Below are positions 43,296 to 52,126 of a DNA stretch of 64,000 nt, in pieces. Numbering within the stretch: position 1 is the stretch's first letter; each line of letters opens with the position of its first letter. A program made the position numbers and the translations under genes. Source of the DNA: Acidobacteriota bacterium (GTDB taxonomy: Bacteria; Acidobacteriota; UBA6911). The stretch covers positions 800,001 through 864,000 of the forward strand of contig OY761556.1 of assembly GCA_963664705.1 (NCBI GenBank), written 5' to 3'. A model generated the notes under the pieces. That model searched no databases, was not told where the DNA came from, and saw only the letters and a list, made by a program, of their open reading frames with translations.

Positions 43296-44356
43296 CTGTG
43301 CCCGCAGCAACAGCGATGGAACGGATCATGATCAGCATGAGTCATCGGGAGCCGGACCGGGTTCCGTTTGTCATCTCGGCCACAATGCTGGGTGCTCGCG
43401 AACTGGGTCTTTCGATAAAAGAGTATTACTCAAGAGCCGAAAACATCGTTGAAGGCCAGTTGCGCATTTTAGCCAAATATCGACATGATGCCCTGATTGC
43501 CAGTTTTTATGGCGCCTTGGAAATAGAAGCCTGGGGAGGAGAAACGATATTTCGCGAAGACGGCCCTCCCAATGCCGGCGCTCCGATCATTTCCCGTCCG
43601 GAGCAGATTGTTGATCTCACGCCCCCGCGAGTTGAGGAATCCCCGCGGCTCACCGAAGCACTTAAGGTTATTCAGCGGCTGAAAGACAAAGTGGGAGATT
43701 CCATCCCGATCATGGGCGCGGTTAATTCCCCGTTTTCTCTTCCCGTCATGCAGATGGGATTTGAAGCTTATCTGAGCCTGATGCATGAACGTCCCGATCT
43801 GTTCAACCGGTTGATGGCAGTGAATGAGGAATTCTGCGTTGCCTGGGCAAATGCACAGATTTTGGCAGGCGCAACGGCCGTCGGCTATGCGGACCCGGTT
43901 TCTTCCCCGACGATTATTCCGCGCGAAATGTATCTTCAAACAGGGTATCAGGTAGCCAGGCGCGTTATCCCCCAGATTAGAGGAGGTGTTGCGACGCATT
44001 TTGCCTCCGGCAACTGTTTGTCCATTCTTGGCGATGTTGCGGAGACGGGCACCATTGCAGTCGGAGTCAGCGCCTTGGAATGCCTGACGGATCTCAAGGC
44101 GGCCTGTCGCGGCCGGTTGGCTGTAATGGGGAATCTCAATGCCATTGCCATGAGACACTGGTCAGCAGAAAAGGCAGTCGATGAGGTGAAAAATGCCATC
44201 GCCGAAGGTGGGCCGGGAGGAGGATATATCCTGTCGGACAACCATGGCGAAATTCCCTGGCAGGTATCCGATGACATTCTGCATGTTATTGCCGATGCTG
44301 TTCATACTTGGGGGTCTTATCCACTAAATTGGATTTCGAAGGAAGCAATGGAATGA
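43292..44356 (+). CDS. UROD-fold methylcobamide methyltransferase-like protein (MtaA/CmuA family)
   Basis: EPDRVP, EIEAWG, SPFSL, GA...ADP, MGNL, GGGYILS; GTGA overlap with the corrinoid gene. Confidence 0.88.
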   Translation: MTVPAATAMERIMISMSHREPDRVPFVISATMLGARELGLSIKEYYSRAENIVEGQLRILAKYRHDALIASFYGALEIEAWGGETIFREDGPPNAGAPIISRPEQIVDLTPPRVEESPRLTEALKVIQRLKDKVGDSIPIMGAVNSPFSLPVMQMGFEAYLSLMHERPDLFNRLMAVNEEFCVAWANAQILAGATAVGYADPVSSPTIIPREMYLQTGYQVARRVIPQIRGGVATHFASGNCLSILGDVAETGTIAVGVSALECLTDLKAACRGRLAVMGNLNAIAMRHWSAEKAVDEVKNAIAEGGPGGGYILSDNHGEIPWQVSDDILHVIADAVHTWGSYPLNWISKEAME

Positions 44357-45627
44357 CTTTTCCTTCCAGTGAAAATGGGGGCGCACTCGATCTGCAGAGA
44401 AGGCTGGCCGATTCAGTCATGGTACTGGATCTGCTGGGGACACTGCCCGAATTGATGGATGAAGACAGGGTGGTGGGCTTGATTCAGGATTTGTTTGTGA
44501 TGCTGTGTGCTCCCTCCCAGATTTATTACATTTCCTCCGGCAACGACAGTTCCCTCTATCCCTCCGGCGGCAATGCCAGCCGCGAGCTTCGCGAGTTCCT
44601 GTCTTGCAACAATGGCTCTCATGCATGGACGGCTTCCGGCAACGGATTCATTGTGAGATTCATGCGCGCGGGGACAACGCTGGGTGCAATGGAGGTCGAG
44701 GGCGTCGCGTTCCCGCAATACAAGACTCACTATCTCAATCTTGCCTTAACGGTTGCGCAGGTGTGCAGCCTGGCAATTCAGAATGCACGGACCTACCGAC
44801 AACTGAATGCCGCGTTAGCGGCGCGGGAGAAAGCGGAGCGCGAAGTCCGGTCGTTAAATGAGGACCTCCGGTCACAGATTCATCAGGTGGAGATTGCCAA
44901 TCGGGAGCTGGACTCCTTTGCGCATGCCGTTTCTCACGATCTGCGGGCACCCTTGCGGGCAATACATGGCTTCAGTGAAGCTCTGATTGAAGATTATGGC
45001 GGCGTCCTGCCGCCCGGAGCGCAGGAACAGGTGACACAAATCGTTTCAGCCACCGGCAACATGAGCGAACTCATCCAGGGTTTGCTGACCTTGTCTCGCA
45101 ACAGTCGTGGTGAAATGAAGCAGGGCGTAGTTGATCTGTCAATGCTCGCTGAGCGTATTCGCGATGAACTCAGTGCCTCCGATCCAGGTCGCCGAGCTAT
45201 TTGGACCATTGACCCCGGTGCCAGCGTGCTGGGAGATGCCCGCATGATGGAGGTGATGCTGTCCAACCTCATTGGAAACGCCTGGAAATATTCGATGAAA
45301 TGCGACGAGGCACGGATTTCTTTTGGCATTGCGGAGGAAATGCCCGGAGCACAATTTCAAGCGCTATCCTCCGGGCGGAGGTGCACGCAGTTTTATGTGC
45401 GGGACAATGGTGCGGGTTTTGACATGAAGCATGCCGCAAAATTGTTCCAACCCTTCCACCGTTTGCACCGGGATGAAGAATTTCCGGGATTGGGCCTGGG
45501 GCTTGCGACTGTGCAGCGGATCGTACATCGTCACGGAGGCGACGTTTCGGCTGTCTCGAGCCCGGGCCAGGGAACAACCGTCTACTTCACTTTGCCATCC
45601 GCACAAGAGGAGAACACACTGCCATAG
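44353..45627 (+). CDS. GAF-like domain histidine kinase (Cph1-type HisKA)
   Basis: LAIQNAR GAF end, ELDSFAHAVSHDLRAPLR, NAWKY, DNGAGF, GLGLGL; ATGA overlap. Confidence 0.92.
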   Translation: MTFPSSENGGALDLQRRLADSVMVLDLLGTLPELMDEDRVVGLIQDLFVMLCAPSQIYYISSGNDSSLYPSGGNASRELREFLSCNNGSHAWTASGNGFIVRFMRAGTTLGAMEVEGVAFPQYKTHYLNLALTVAQVCSLAIQNARTYRQLNAALAAREKAEREVRSLNEDLRSQIHQVEIANRELDSFAHAVSHDLRAPLRAIHGFSEALIEDYGGVLPPGAQEQVTQIVSATGNMSELIQGLLTLSRNSRGEMKQGVVDLSMLAERIRDELSASDPGRRAIWTIDPGASVLGDARMMEVMLSNLIGNAWKYSMKCDEARISFGIAEEMPGAQFQALSSGRRCTQFYVRDNGAGFDMKHAAKLFQPFHRLHRDEEFPGLGLGLATVQRIVHRHGGDVSAVSSPGQGTTVYFTLPSAQEENTLP

Positions 45628-45755
45628 ATCGTTTCAGCTTGTGCTGGTGTTCCTGAGGTTGCCAAAGGAAAGACGCGGAAACAATTGGCGTGAGGCAGCG
45701 GCCCAATGCAAAGTTTCGCAGATCCGTTCATCCACAACTGTAGTGTGGCAATAGG

Positions 45756-48700
45756 ATGACTTGCATGAGCAAAATGCTGAAATTTTTGGTTCTTGAGGAT
45801 TCTCAGTCAGATTTTCTGCTCATTGAACGGCATCTGAAGAAGAATGGCGTGGAGGCTTTGTGCCGACGCATAGAGGATTGGGCGGGACTGGAAGCGGCAA
45901 TTGGTGAAGGAGGCTGGGACCTTGTCATTTCGGACTACAATCTGCCGGGGATGGATTTTTACGAAATCCTGAATGCGCATCGGCTGCGCCAGCCGGAGAT
46001 CCCGTTTGTTTTGGTCTCTGGCAGCGTGGGTGAGGAGTCCGCCGTTGATTTGCTCAAACTGGGCGTGTCCTATTTTGTTCTTAAGGACAATCTGGTCCGG
46101 CTGAAGCCTGCCATCGAACGGAGCCTTCAAGATGCCGCCGATCGCAAAGCCCGGATTGAAGCAGAATCCGCATTGCGGGAGAGTGAAGAGCGCTATCGCA
46201 CCATTTTTGAAAATGCTCGCGATGGCATGGTCGTGGCGGATTCCGAAACCGGGATCATCCTGGATTGCAACCAGGCTCTCTGCCGCATGGCTGAAAGGGA
46301 AAAGCAGGAAATCGTTGGGAACCTGCAGTCGTTTCTACATCCTCCCCGGGATCTTGTCGATGGCAAGTCTCCCACCTTCCGCGAGCACCGATTCAACCCG
46401 TCCATCGTTTTGGAGGACGAGCTTCTTTCCAAGAGCGGGAAGAGAATCCCGGTGGAGATACGCGGCGCCCGCATCAACATTGGAGGGCGGGACTGCATGG
46501 TGGGCATTTTCTGTGATATCACCGAGCGGCGGCTGGCGGAACAGACCGTTCGGGATATGAACCGCAAGCTTTCGCGTGCCCAGCGGATTGCCCATATCGG
46601 CGACTGGGAAGACCATCTGCCCACAGGAGAATTGCATTGGTCGGAGGAAATGTATCAGATTTTTGGCTTCCCTCCGGGAATGCCGGTGACGCTTGCCGAT
46701 GCGGCTCGTCTGTTTCCTCCCGACGAGCAGGTACGATTCCGGAAGGCGGTGGAGGATGCCGTAAGCGGGCGTACGCCTTATTCCATGGACTATCGCATTA
46801 TCAGGCCCGACGGCTCTACTCGGTATATCCACGATGAAGGCGAAATCGCCCGCGACGAAGCGGGGAATGCATCCTGGATGTATGGGACGACTCAAGACAT
46901 AACGGAGAGAATGCAGTCTGAGGCGGCATTGCGCGAAAGTGAGATGTGGTACCGGACCTTGTTTGAAAGCTCTCGCGAAGCGATCATGACCATTTCTCCG
47001 GAAGACCTCAAATTCAGAAGCGTCAATGCGGCTACCCTGGCGACCTTTGGAGTGCAAAGTGTCCAGGAACTTTTGGCGCTGCGAGTGACCGACCTGTCTC
47101 CGGAACGGCAGCCGGATGGGGAGTTGTCTCAAAACAAAGCGCGACGCTTTGTGGACATGGCGCTGGAGACAGGTTCTCATTTTTTTGAATGGATGCATCA
47201 ACGCATGGATGGGAACCAGTTTCCCGCCGCCGTTCTTCTGACTCGAGTGGAACTGGCCGACGGAGATGTCGCCATTCTAGCAACGGTCCTCGATATTACG
47301 GAGCAGAAACGATCGGAAGCCGAACACGAGCGGCTTTCAACCGCCATTGAGCAGGCGGCAGAACCCATTGTGATCACGGATGCGGAGGCGAAGATACAAT
47401 ACGTCAACCCCGCTTTTACGAGGATCACCGGGTATGCACGGGATGAGGTATATGGCAATAGCCCGAACATCCTCAAAAGCGGGAAGCAGGATGAAGCCTT
47501 TTATCGACGCATGTGGGACACGATCCAGGCGGGACAGACCTGGCAGGGACGCCTGGTCAATCGGCGTAAGGACGGAACGTTCTACACGGAGGATATTACC
47601 ATCTCTCCCGTCTGTGATCAGGCCGGCACTATAACCAATTTTGTGGCCGTCAAAAGAGACATCACGCGGGAACTCAGTCTGGAGGCTCAGTTCCAACAGG
47701 CGCAGAAAATGGAGGCGCTGGGAACACTCGCAGGAGGGATTGCCCACGACTTCAATAACATACTGGGAATCATCCTGGGTTATACGGAACTGGCTGTCTC
47801 GGATTGCGATCATCCCGCCGCGGTCCGCTCTCAGCTCGAGGAGGTGCTTGCCGCTGCGGGCCGGGCCAGGGATCTGGTACAACAGATCCTTACCTTCAGC
47901 AGGCTTAAAGACCAGGAGAAAAAGCCAATCCAGCTCGGGCTTGTTGTAAAAGAAGTGATGAAGATGATGCGTGCCTCCCTGCCGACAACCATTGAGATTC
48001 GAACCAGCGTTGTCTCGAGGGGGGTGATGCGGGGCGACCCCACGCAGATTCACCAGGTATTGATGAATCTGTGCGTGAATGCCGGGCAGGCAATGGGGAA
48101 TCGCGGAGGAATCCTCGATGTAACGCTTCAGGATGTTGAAGACAAAACTGCCCTTCTGTCCTCCCATCCGGACTTGGCGCCCGCATCTTATATGAAGCTC
48201 GTGGTCAAGGATACCGGCCAGGGAATTGATCCGTTCATTATGAATCGCATTTTTGACCCTTTCTTTACCACCAAGTCTCCCGGCACCGGAACGGGTTTGG
48301 GGCTGTCGGTTGTTCACGGAATTGTAAAAAGTCATGGCGGCGCTATTGAGGTGGATAGTATTCCGGACCGTGGAGCTGCTTTCAGCCTTTATTTCCCAAT
48401 GATGGAGGGCTTGGAGTCCTCTGAAACAACGGAAGAGGTGCCCCTGCCTCGCGGGAGAGAGAAGATCCTGATAGTGGATGATGAAGCTTCACTGGCCAAT
48501 GTCATGAAGAAAATGCTGGAGAATCTTGGGTACAACGTTGAATCGTGCACGAGCAGCATCGGGGCTTTGAAAATAATCCGTGAACAAAGCCAAACAGAAC
48601 CTGCATTCGATCTGATCATTACCGATATGACCATGCCGCAGCTCACGGGTGTGGAACTTGCCGGGAAACTGATCGACCTTCAGCCTGATTTGCCGATTCT

Positions 48701-48851
48701 TTTGTGCACGGGGTTCAACGATTCGGTGGATGCCGAAAGGGCCCGGAGAAGCGGGATTCGTGAGATATTATCCAAGCCGTTTGCGGTCAAAGAACTTGCG
48801 AGATCGGTCCGCAAAGTGCTGGATGGACATCGCAATGTAGAGATCCCGTAA
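45756..48851 (+). CDS. REC-(PAS)4 hybrid histidine kinase with C-terminal receiver
   Basis: N-terminal REC, four PAS/PAC domains, AHDFNNIL, FFTTK...GTGLGL, C-terminal REC; start 45756 or 45765. Confidence 0.93.
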   Translation: MTCMSKMLKFLVLEDSQSDFLLIERHLKKNGVEALCRRIEDWAGLEAAIGEGGWDLVISDYNLPGMDFYEILNAHRLRQPEIPFVLVSGSVGEESAVDLLKLGVSYFVLKDNLVRLKPAIERSLQDAADRKARIEAESALRESEERYRTIFENARDGMVVADSETGIILDCNQALCRMAEREKQEIVGNLQSFLHPPRDLVDGKSPTFREHRFNPSIVLEDELLSKSGKRIPVEIRGARINIGGRDCMVGIFCDITERRLAEQTVRDMNRKLSRAQRIAHIGDWEDHLPTGELHWSEEMYQIFGFPPGMPVTLADAARLFPPDEQVRFRKAVEDAVSGRTPYSMDYRIIRPDGSTRYIHDEGEIARDEAGNASWMYGTTQDITERMQSEAALRESEMWYRTLFESSREAIMTISPEDLKFRSVNAATLATFGVQSVQELLALRVTDLSPERQPDGELSQNKARRFVDMALETGSHFFEWMHQRMDGNQFPAAVLLTRVELADGDVAILATVLDITEQKRSEAEHERLSTAIEQAAEPIVITDAEAKIQYVNPAFTRITGYARDEVYGNSPNILKSGKQDEAFYRRMWDTIQAGQTWQGRLVNRRKDGTFYTEDITISPVCDQAGTITNFVAVKRDITRELSLEAQFQQAQKMEALGTLAGGIAHDFNNILGIILGYTELAVSDCDHPAAVRSQLEEVLAAAGRARDLVQQILTFSRLKDQEKKPIQLGLVVKEVMKMMRASLPTTIEIRTSVVSRGVMRGDPTQIHQVLMNLCVNAGQAMGNRGGILDVTLQDVEDKTALLSSHPDLAPASYMKLVVKDTGQGIDPFIMNRIFDPFFTTKSPGTGTGLGLSVVHGIVKSHGGAIEVDSIPDRGAAFSLYFPMMEGLESSETTEEVPLPRGREKILIVDDEASLANVMKKMLENLGYNVESCTSSIGALKIIREQSQTEPAFDLIITDMTMPQLTGVELAGKLIDLQPDLPILLCTGFNDSVDAERARRSGIREILSKPFAVKELARSVRKVLDGHRNVEIP

Positions 48852-48928
48852 TAACCGACGAATGGGTCGGACCTGCTCCCGACCCGCATTGATAGATGCT
48901 TCCGGGGGCTGAAAAATGAGGAGCTTCA

Positions 48929-49825
48929 TTGGCGGCATTGAACCGTGGATATGAATTTCGCAAGCATCTGGGATCCGATGCCGTTGGCGTCCGGTTGATA
49001 GACTACCTGGTTCGCTGCCATTCAGCGTTTACGGAGGCCGAGTGGCTTGAAAGAATTGAGGCGGGGCGAGTGTTTCTCAACAGCGCCCGCGCCAATGCCG
49101 ATGCGGTCCTTCAGACGGGGCACTGTTTAAGCTGGGTCCGTCCTCCCTGGGAGGAACCCCGGGTCCCACTTTCCTTTGCGATTCTGTATTCCGATGATCA
49201 CCTGCTTGGAATTGCGAAACCTTCCGGACTGCCGACGCTTCCCGGCGGCGGCAGTTTTATGGAAAACACGCTTTTATATCGGGTACGCCAGCATTATCCG
49301 GAGGCCAATCCGTTGCACCGGTTGGGACGCGGAACGTCCGGTATTGTTCTGTTCGCACGCAACACTTCCGCGGCTTCCGTCATCTCTCAATCCTGGCTTC
49401 GCGGAACCTTGAAGATCTACCGTGCACTAATCTCTGGCTGCCCTGACGAGGATGAATTTGATATCGACGTGCCTATCGGACCGGTTCCTCATCCCGCCCT
49501 AAAATCGATCTATGCCGCCAATCCCAACGGTAAGCGGGCACACAGTCATGTAAAGGTCCTGACGCGACGTGGCAACCATGCCTTGGTGGATGTCCAGATC
49601 ACTACCGGCAGACCGCACCAGATACGTATTCATCTTGCAGCGGCCGGATACCCTTTATTTGGCGATCCCCTCTATGGGATTGGAGGGGTGCCTGCGGAGA
49701 ACTCGCGCGCCTTGCCCGGGGACCTGGGCTATCTGCTGCATAACAGCGTACTGGGGTTCAGCCATCCCATCACCGGCCGGTGGATTGAGATTGGCTGTAT
49801 CCCGCCTCCCCTATTGCGTCCATAG
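48929..49825 (+). CDS. RluA/RluD-family pseudouridine synthase-like protein (catalytic Asp absent)
   Basis: S4-like N-terminus, KPSGLP, HRLGRGTSG, KIYRAL, TGRPHQIRIHL, GDPLY. Confidence 0.88.
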   Translation: MAALNRGYEFRKHLGSDAVGVRLIDYLVRCHSAFTEAEWLERIEAGRVFLNSARANADAVLQTGHCLSWVRPPWEEPRVPLSFAILYSDDHLLGIAKPSGLPTLPGGGSFMENTLLYRVRQHYPEANPLHRLGRGTSGIVLFARNTSAASVISQSWLRGTLKIYRALISGCPDEDEFDIDVPIGPVPHPALKSIYAANPNGKRAHSHVKVLTRRGNHALVDVQITTGRPHQIRIHLAAAGYPLFGDPLYGIGGVPAENSRALPGDLGYLLHNSVLGFSHPITGRWIEIGCIPPPLLRP

Positions 49826-49889
49826 CCAAGCGATCTCCGGCGAGTTAAAACCGATAGGCGAAGAAGGCGCGATCTATCCGCTGCCGGGG

Positions 49890-50639
49890 CTAAAAACGAA
49901 TCTGCCTAGTCACAGATTGTCTTCTCTGCGCCTCAGGGAAAATGCTTTCGATGAATGAATGGCTCCAATAGCCGGCGGGGCTCCCGTTGCCAATATTAAA
50001 AGTGGATGTGGCTCGGACCAGGTAGGAATGTCCGGCCGCAAACTCGGGGTAATCCTTCCGGATATCTTCCTGGCGAATAAAGATTCTTAAATTACTGCGC
50101 TCATCCAAATAATAGGCAGATGCATGCAGCCGCATTAGCTTTGCATTCGGAGTTGTCTGCAGAATATCGAATTGCAGGATGTAACTGCCGCCGGAACTGC
50201 CGGTGAAAGTCGGGAGGATATCGTAATCGCGTCCATTCCCGTTGCGCTCAATCCGAAAATCGCGCAGCTGTACTGGATCCAGGGAATGGTTGCGCCTTTT
50301 CTGCTCCAGTTCTGTACGGTCGGCGGCAGACCCCTCTTCGACCAGTTTCAGGCATTGATCCGGGGAATAACCCCAACTTGAAGCAAAAAGGGAATGCCTC
50401 TGAATGACTTTCCGGCAAAGAGATTTGTCTCGAAATTGAACCGCGGCCTGCTGAAAACATTCAGACCGGATATAAAAAGATCGATAGCCTGCGGGATTGA
50501 AATACAGTCCCCCACGGTATTCGGAAGGATCGATAACTTCGCATTTCCGGATGGCATTGGTGCGCAGGGATTCATAGTCAGCTCCCCATGCATAGGTTGT
50601 AGAGATAGCGATGAGGAAAGTGGCGAGCCCGATTTTCAC
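49890..50639 (-). CDS. Secreted hypothetical protein
   Basis: Signal peptide, four N-terminal Cys, AAGG RBS; overlaps the thioesterase stop codon. Confidence 0.75.
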   Translation of the reverse strand: MKIGLATFLIAISTTYAWGADYESLRTNAIRKCEVIDPSEYRGGLYFNPAGYRSFYIRSECFQQAAVQFRDKSLCRKVIQRHSLFASSWGYSPDQCLKLVEEGSAADRTELEQKRRNHSLDPVQLRDFRIERNGNGRDYDILPTFTGSSGGSYILQFDILQTTPNAKLMRLHASAYYLDERSNLRIFIRQEDIRKDYPEFAAGHSYLVRATSTFNIGNGSPAGYWSHSFIESIFPEAQRRQSVTRQIRF

Positions 50640-51094
50640 GGCTGTTCCTTTGTCCGATCGGTTGAAGGGCGTTCCTCAATAGCTTTGAGAAAGGCAGCCG
50701 GAATTGGGACGCTTTTTCGATCTTCGTAGTTGTAGGTCGCAAGCCCAACTTCCACGAGAGCGATTAGCGTGGCTTCCCTCTTGACGCGGTGGAACATCCG
50801 AAATCGTTTCTCCTCGATTTCATCGATGTGTGTTTCGATGCAAAGATTGTCAAACAGGAACGCTTCGGCTCTATAGTTGACGGTCAGGTCCGTGATGATA
50901 ATACCCGTCTGTCCGTCCCCCAGATCCGTTTCGCTGAGACCGAGACCGCGAAACAGATAGGCCCTTGCGGTTCCGATCAGCGAGATCAGATTGTCGTTGC
51001 CCAAATGGCCGCCATAGTTGATGTCCTGAGGCCTGGTACAGATCGTGAAATGGAATTCATATGCTTCCTGTTCGGCAAGTTTCGTTCGCGGCAT
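50636..51094 (-). CDS. Hotdog-fold acyl-CoA thioesterase
   Basis: DINYGGHLGND, NYRAEAF; start set at ATG 51094. Confidence 0.88.
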   Translation of the reverse strand: MPRTKLAEQEAYEFHFTICTRPQDINYGGHLGNDNLISLIGTARAYLFRGLGLSETDLGDGQTGIIITDLTVNYRAEAFLFDNLCIETHIDEIEEKRFRMFHRVKREATLIALVEVGLATYNYEDRKSVPIPAAFLKAIEERPSTDRTKEQP

Positions 51095-51135
51095 AGGGCT
51101 TTCGAATGGAATCCTTATTAGGCAATCATCTCTTC

Positions 51136-51179
51136 GAGTCTTGGAGCTCTTGCGGCATGCGCTGGAGCCTCCAAGACTC
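51136..51179. terminator. Intergenic hairpin
   Basis: GAGTCTTGGAG / CTCCAAGACTC. Confidence 0.5.
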
Positions 51180-51205
51180 ATAGCAGAAAAGCTCTCGACA
51201 GACTC

Positions 51206-51619
51206 TTAGAGTTCGTGGGGCCCTCTGTAGTTTTTGTCGGTGGCGGTCGCAAAATGAAAGACCGGGCGGTCCAATTTTTTCAGGATCAAAGGGCAATGCT
51301 GGATTCCCGGAGGGACAAAAATCACGCAGCTCTTGGTAATGAGGTGCGGTTCGTTGCCGATCCAAAACTCAATCTGTCCACCCAGGTCGGTCGGGTCAGC
51401 CGGATTTGATCCAAAAAATGTTACGACTTCTCCGAAGTCATGCGTATGACCTTTGTCAACGACGACAACCTCTTTGGGCTGCGGCCAGAACCACGCGCAA
51501 TCAACATAGGGTGCGCCTTCGAATACTCCACCATTCAAGCAATAGACTCGTGTCCCCAAAGCATCCGGGACCTTATTCAGATCAGTGATGATGTATTTCC
51601 CGTATTGCGTATCAGCCAT
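51206..51619 (-). CDS. Cupin-fold hypothetical protein
   Basis: HTHDFGE...FVPPGIQHCP metal-binding pattern; GAGGAGG RBS. Confidence 0.85.
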   Translation of the reverse strand: MADTQYGKYIITDLNKVPDALGTRVYCLNGGVFEGAPYVDCAWFWPQPKEVVVVDKGHTHDFGEVVTFFGSNPADPTDLGGQIEFWIGNEPHLITKSCVIFVPPGIQHCPLILKKLDRPVFHFATATDKNYRGPHEL

Positions 51620-51760
51620 GTTTCAATGCCTCCTCGAATGTTTATCGAAGTCATGAAGAATTGCCGGGCTGCAATTTCAACAGGCATTATATGCGGCCGA
51701 AGACCGGACCTGATATTGAATTCGCTTTTTATGCGGGGGATTGTCGGGCGGATGATTCCG

Positions 51761-51790
51761 TGAAGGTCGTGGCTCCGGCCACGACCTTCA
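51761..51790. repeat. REP-like or terminator hairpin
   Basis: TGAAGGTCGTGGC-TCCG-GCCACGACCTTCA. Confidence 0.6.
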
Positions 51791-51798
51791 GTGCTGCA

Positions 51799-52116
51799 CT
51801 AGGCAATTTCGATCAGGATCTGGTCTTTTGCCACTTTATCGCCTTTTCTTACGCGGATATGTTTGACAACGCCATCCTGCGCGGCTTTGAGGCTATTGAG
51901 CATTTTCATGGCTTCAAGAATCAAGACGGTTTCCCCTTGTCGCACCGGCTTGCCGTTTTCAACGTTGATTTGCGCAATTACCCCCGGAATAGCCGCGCGG
52001 ATAATCCGGGGATCTTTTTTTTGAAAGCGCTTGCGCATTCCGAATTTTCGGGTCAAGCGGGTTTCGAATACGCCGTTTTCCAACCCGATCTGCATGAACT
52101 TATCGTGATCGCTCAC
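51799..52116 (-). CDS. Biotin carboxyl carrier protein
   Basis: LEAMKM biotinylation motif, IPGVI; GTG start 7 nt after AGGAG. Confidence 0.92.
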   Translation of the reverse strand: MSDHDKFMQIGLENGVFETRLTRKFGMRKRFQKKDPRIIRAAIPGVIAQINVENGKPVRQGETVLILEAMKMLNSLKAAQDGVVKHIRVRKGDKVAKDQILIEIA

Positions 52117-52126
52117 AGTCAATCTC

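Noticed and set aside
45605-45755. Remnant of a lost Rcp1-like response regulator after the GAF kinase (orphan GAGGAG)
   Set aside because: No REC-like residues recognised in the gap; GAGGAG may simply encode Glu-Glu
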